From Candidatus Obscuribacterales bacterium (GTDB lineage Bacteria; Cyanobacteriota; Vampirovibrionia; Obscuribacterales; Obscuribacteraceae): a DNA stretch of 64,000 nt. Below, piece by piece: positions 63,763-64,000 of the stretch (positions are counted from its first letter, which is position 1; every line of letters begins with the position of its first letter). The stretch is from NCBI GenBank assembly GCA_965228855.1, contig CBDDIJ010000003.1, positions 224,001-288,000 on the forward strand, written 5' to 3'. The position numbers were made by a program, and so were the translations under genes. The notes under the pieces were generated by a model. That model was not told the DNA's origin and searched no databases. It worked only from the letters and a program-made list of their open reading frames with translations.

Positions 63763-64000
63763 ATGTTAGACAAGCACTTAAATCCGGGGCAGTTTGAGGC
63801 GCTCAAGCCGATAGGGGAGATTAACATCCCGGCACTTGGCGGGCTAGGAAATTTCTCGACTCTCCACGTTGATACCCTCGCGAGCAGCTGGCTCTGCATG
63901 GGCATCATTCTTGTCGCAGCAGCAGCAATACGCCCCACCTTGAAAAGTGACGGACCTGGTGGCGCTGGACAGGCTATCGCAGAGGGTCTCTACAACTTTA
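63763..64000 (+). CDS. atpB: ATP synthase F0 subunit a (5' partial)
   Basis: Translated by hand: MLDKH...LHVDTLASSWLCMGIILV...PGGAGQAIAEGLYNF; open to the window end. Confidence 0.8.
   Translation, partial: MLDKHLNPGQFEALKPIGEINIPALGGLGNFSTLHVDTLASSWLCMGIILVAAAAIRPTLKSDGPGGAGQAIAEGLYNF

Overview
Bacterial chromosome window, inferred to come from a non-photosynthetic cyanobacterial relative (Vampirovibrionia/Melainabacteria, Obscuribacterales-like). The inference rests on a Gly-tailed RRM protein, PspA/Vipp1, SepF, dapA-rnj synteny, many TPR/LRR/MshEN proteins and the absence of photosynthesis genes; it is not confirmed. Layout: (1) 1-10.0 kb housekeeping and transport genes. (2) tRNA-Thr(CGT) at 10114, carrying an ~8.9 kb decayed integrative island (att core at 10143 and 19040, broken tyrosine integrase, IS481 remnant). 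The island encodes an intact type II Hachiman-like anti-phage operon (hamC-hamA-hamB), a Cys-rich fourth gene and a HEPN-motif protein. (3) Accessory region with a zincin toxin/immunity-like pair and hipBA. (4) A seven-gene fatty-acid modification operon resembling the furan fatty acid pathway. (5) Efflux genes. (6) A ~2.7 kb stretch without credible genes (40.8-43.5 kb) holding the most unusual feature: an array of two unrecognised structured RNA genes in the order B-A-B-A-x-A. Each copy has its own sigma70-like promoter, the copies show compensatory base changes, and the A copies end in a terminator. (7) Core genes dut-dapB-asd-dapA-rnj, a further candidate ncRNA, sepF, ispD, scpB-scpA-smc, tgt, pspA/vipp1 and the start of the ATP synthase operon. 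All assignments come from reading motifs by eye; no database search was run.
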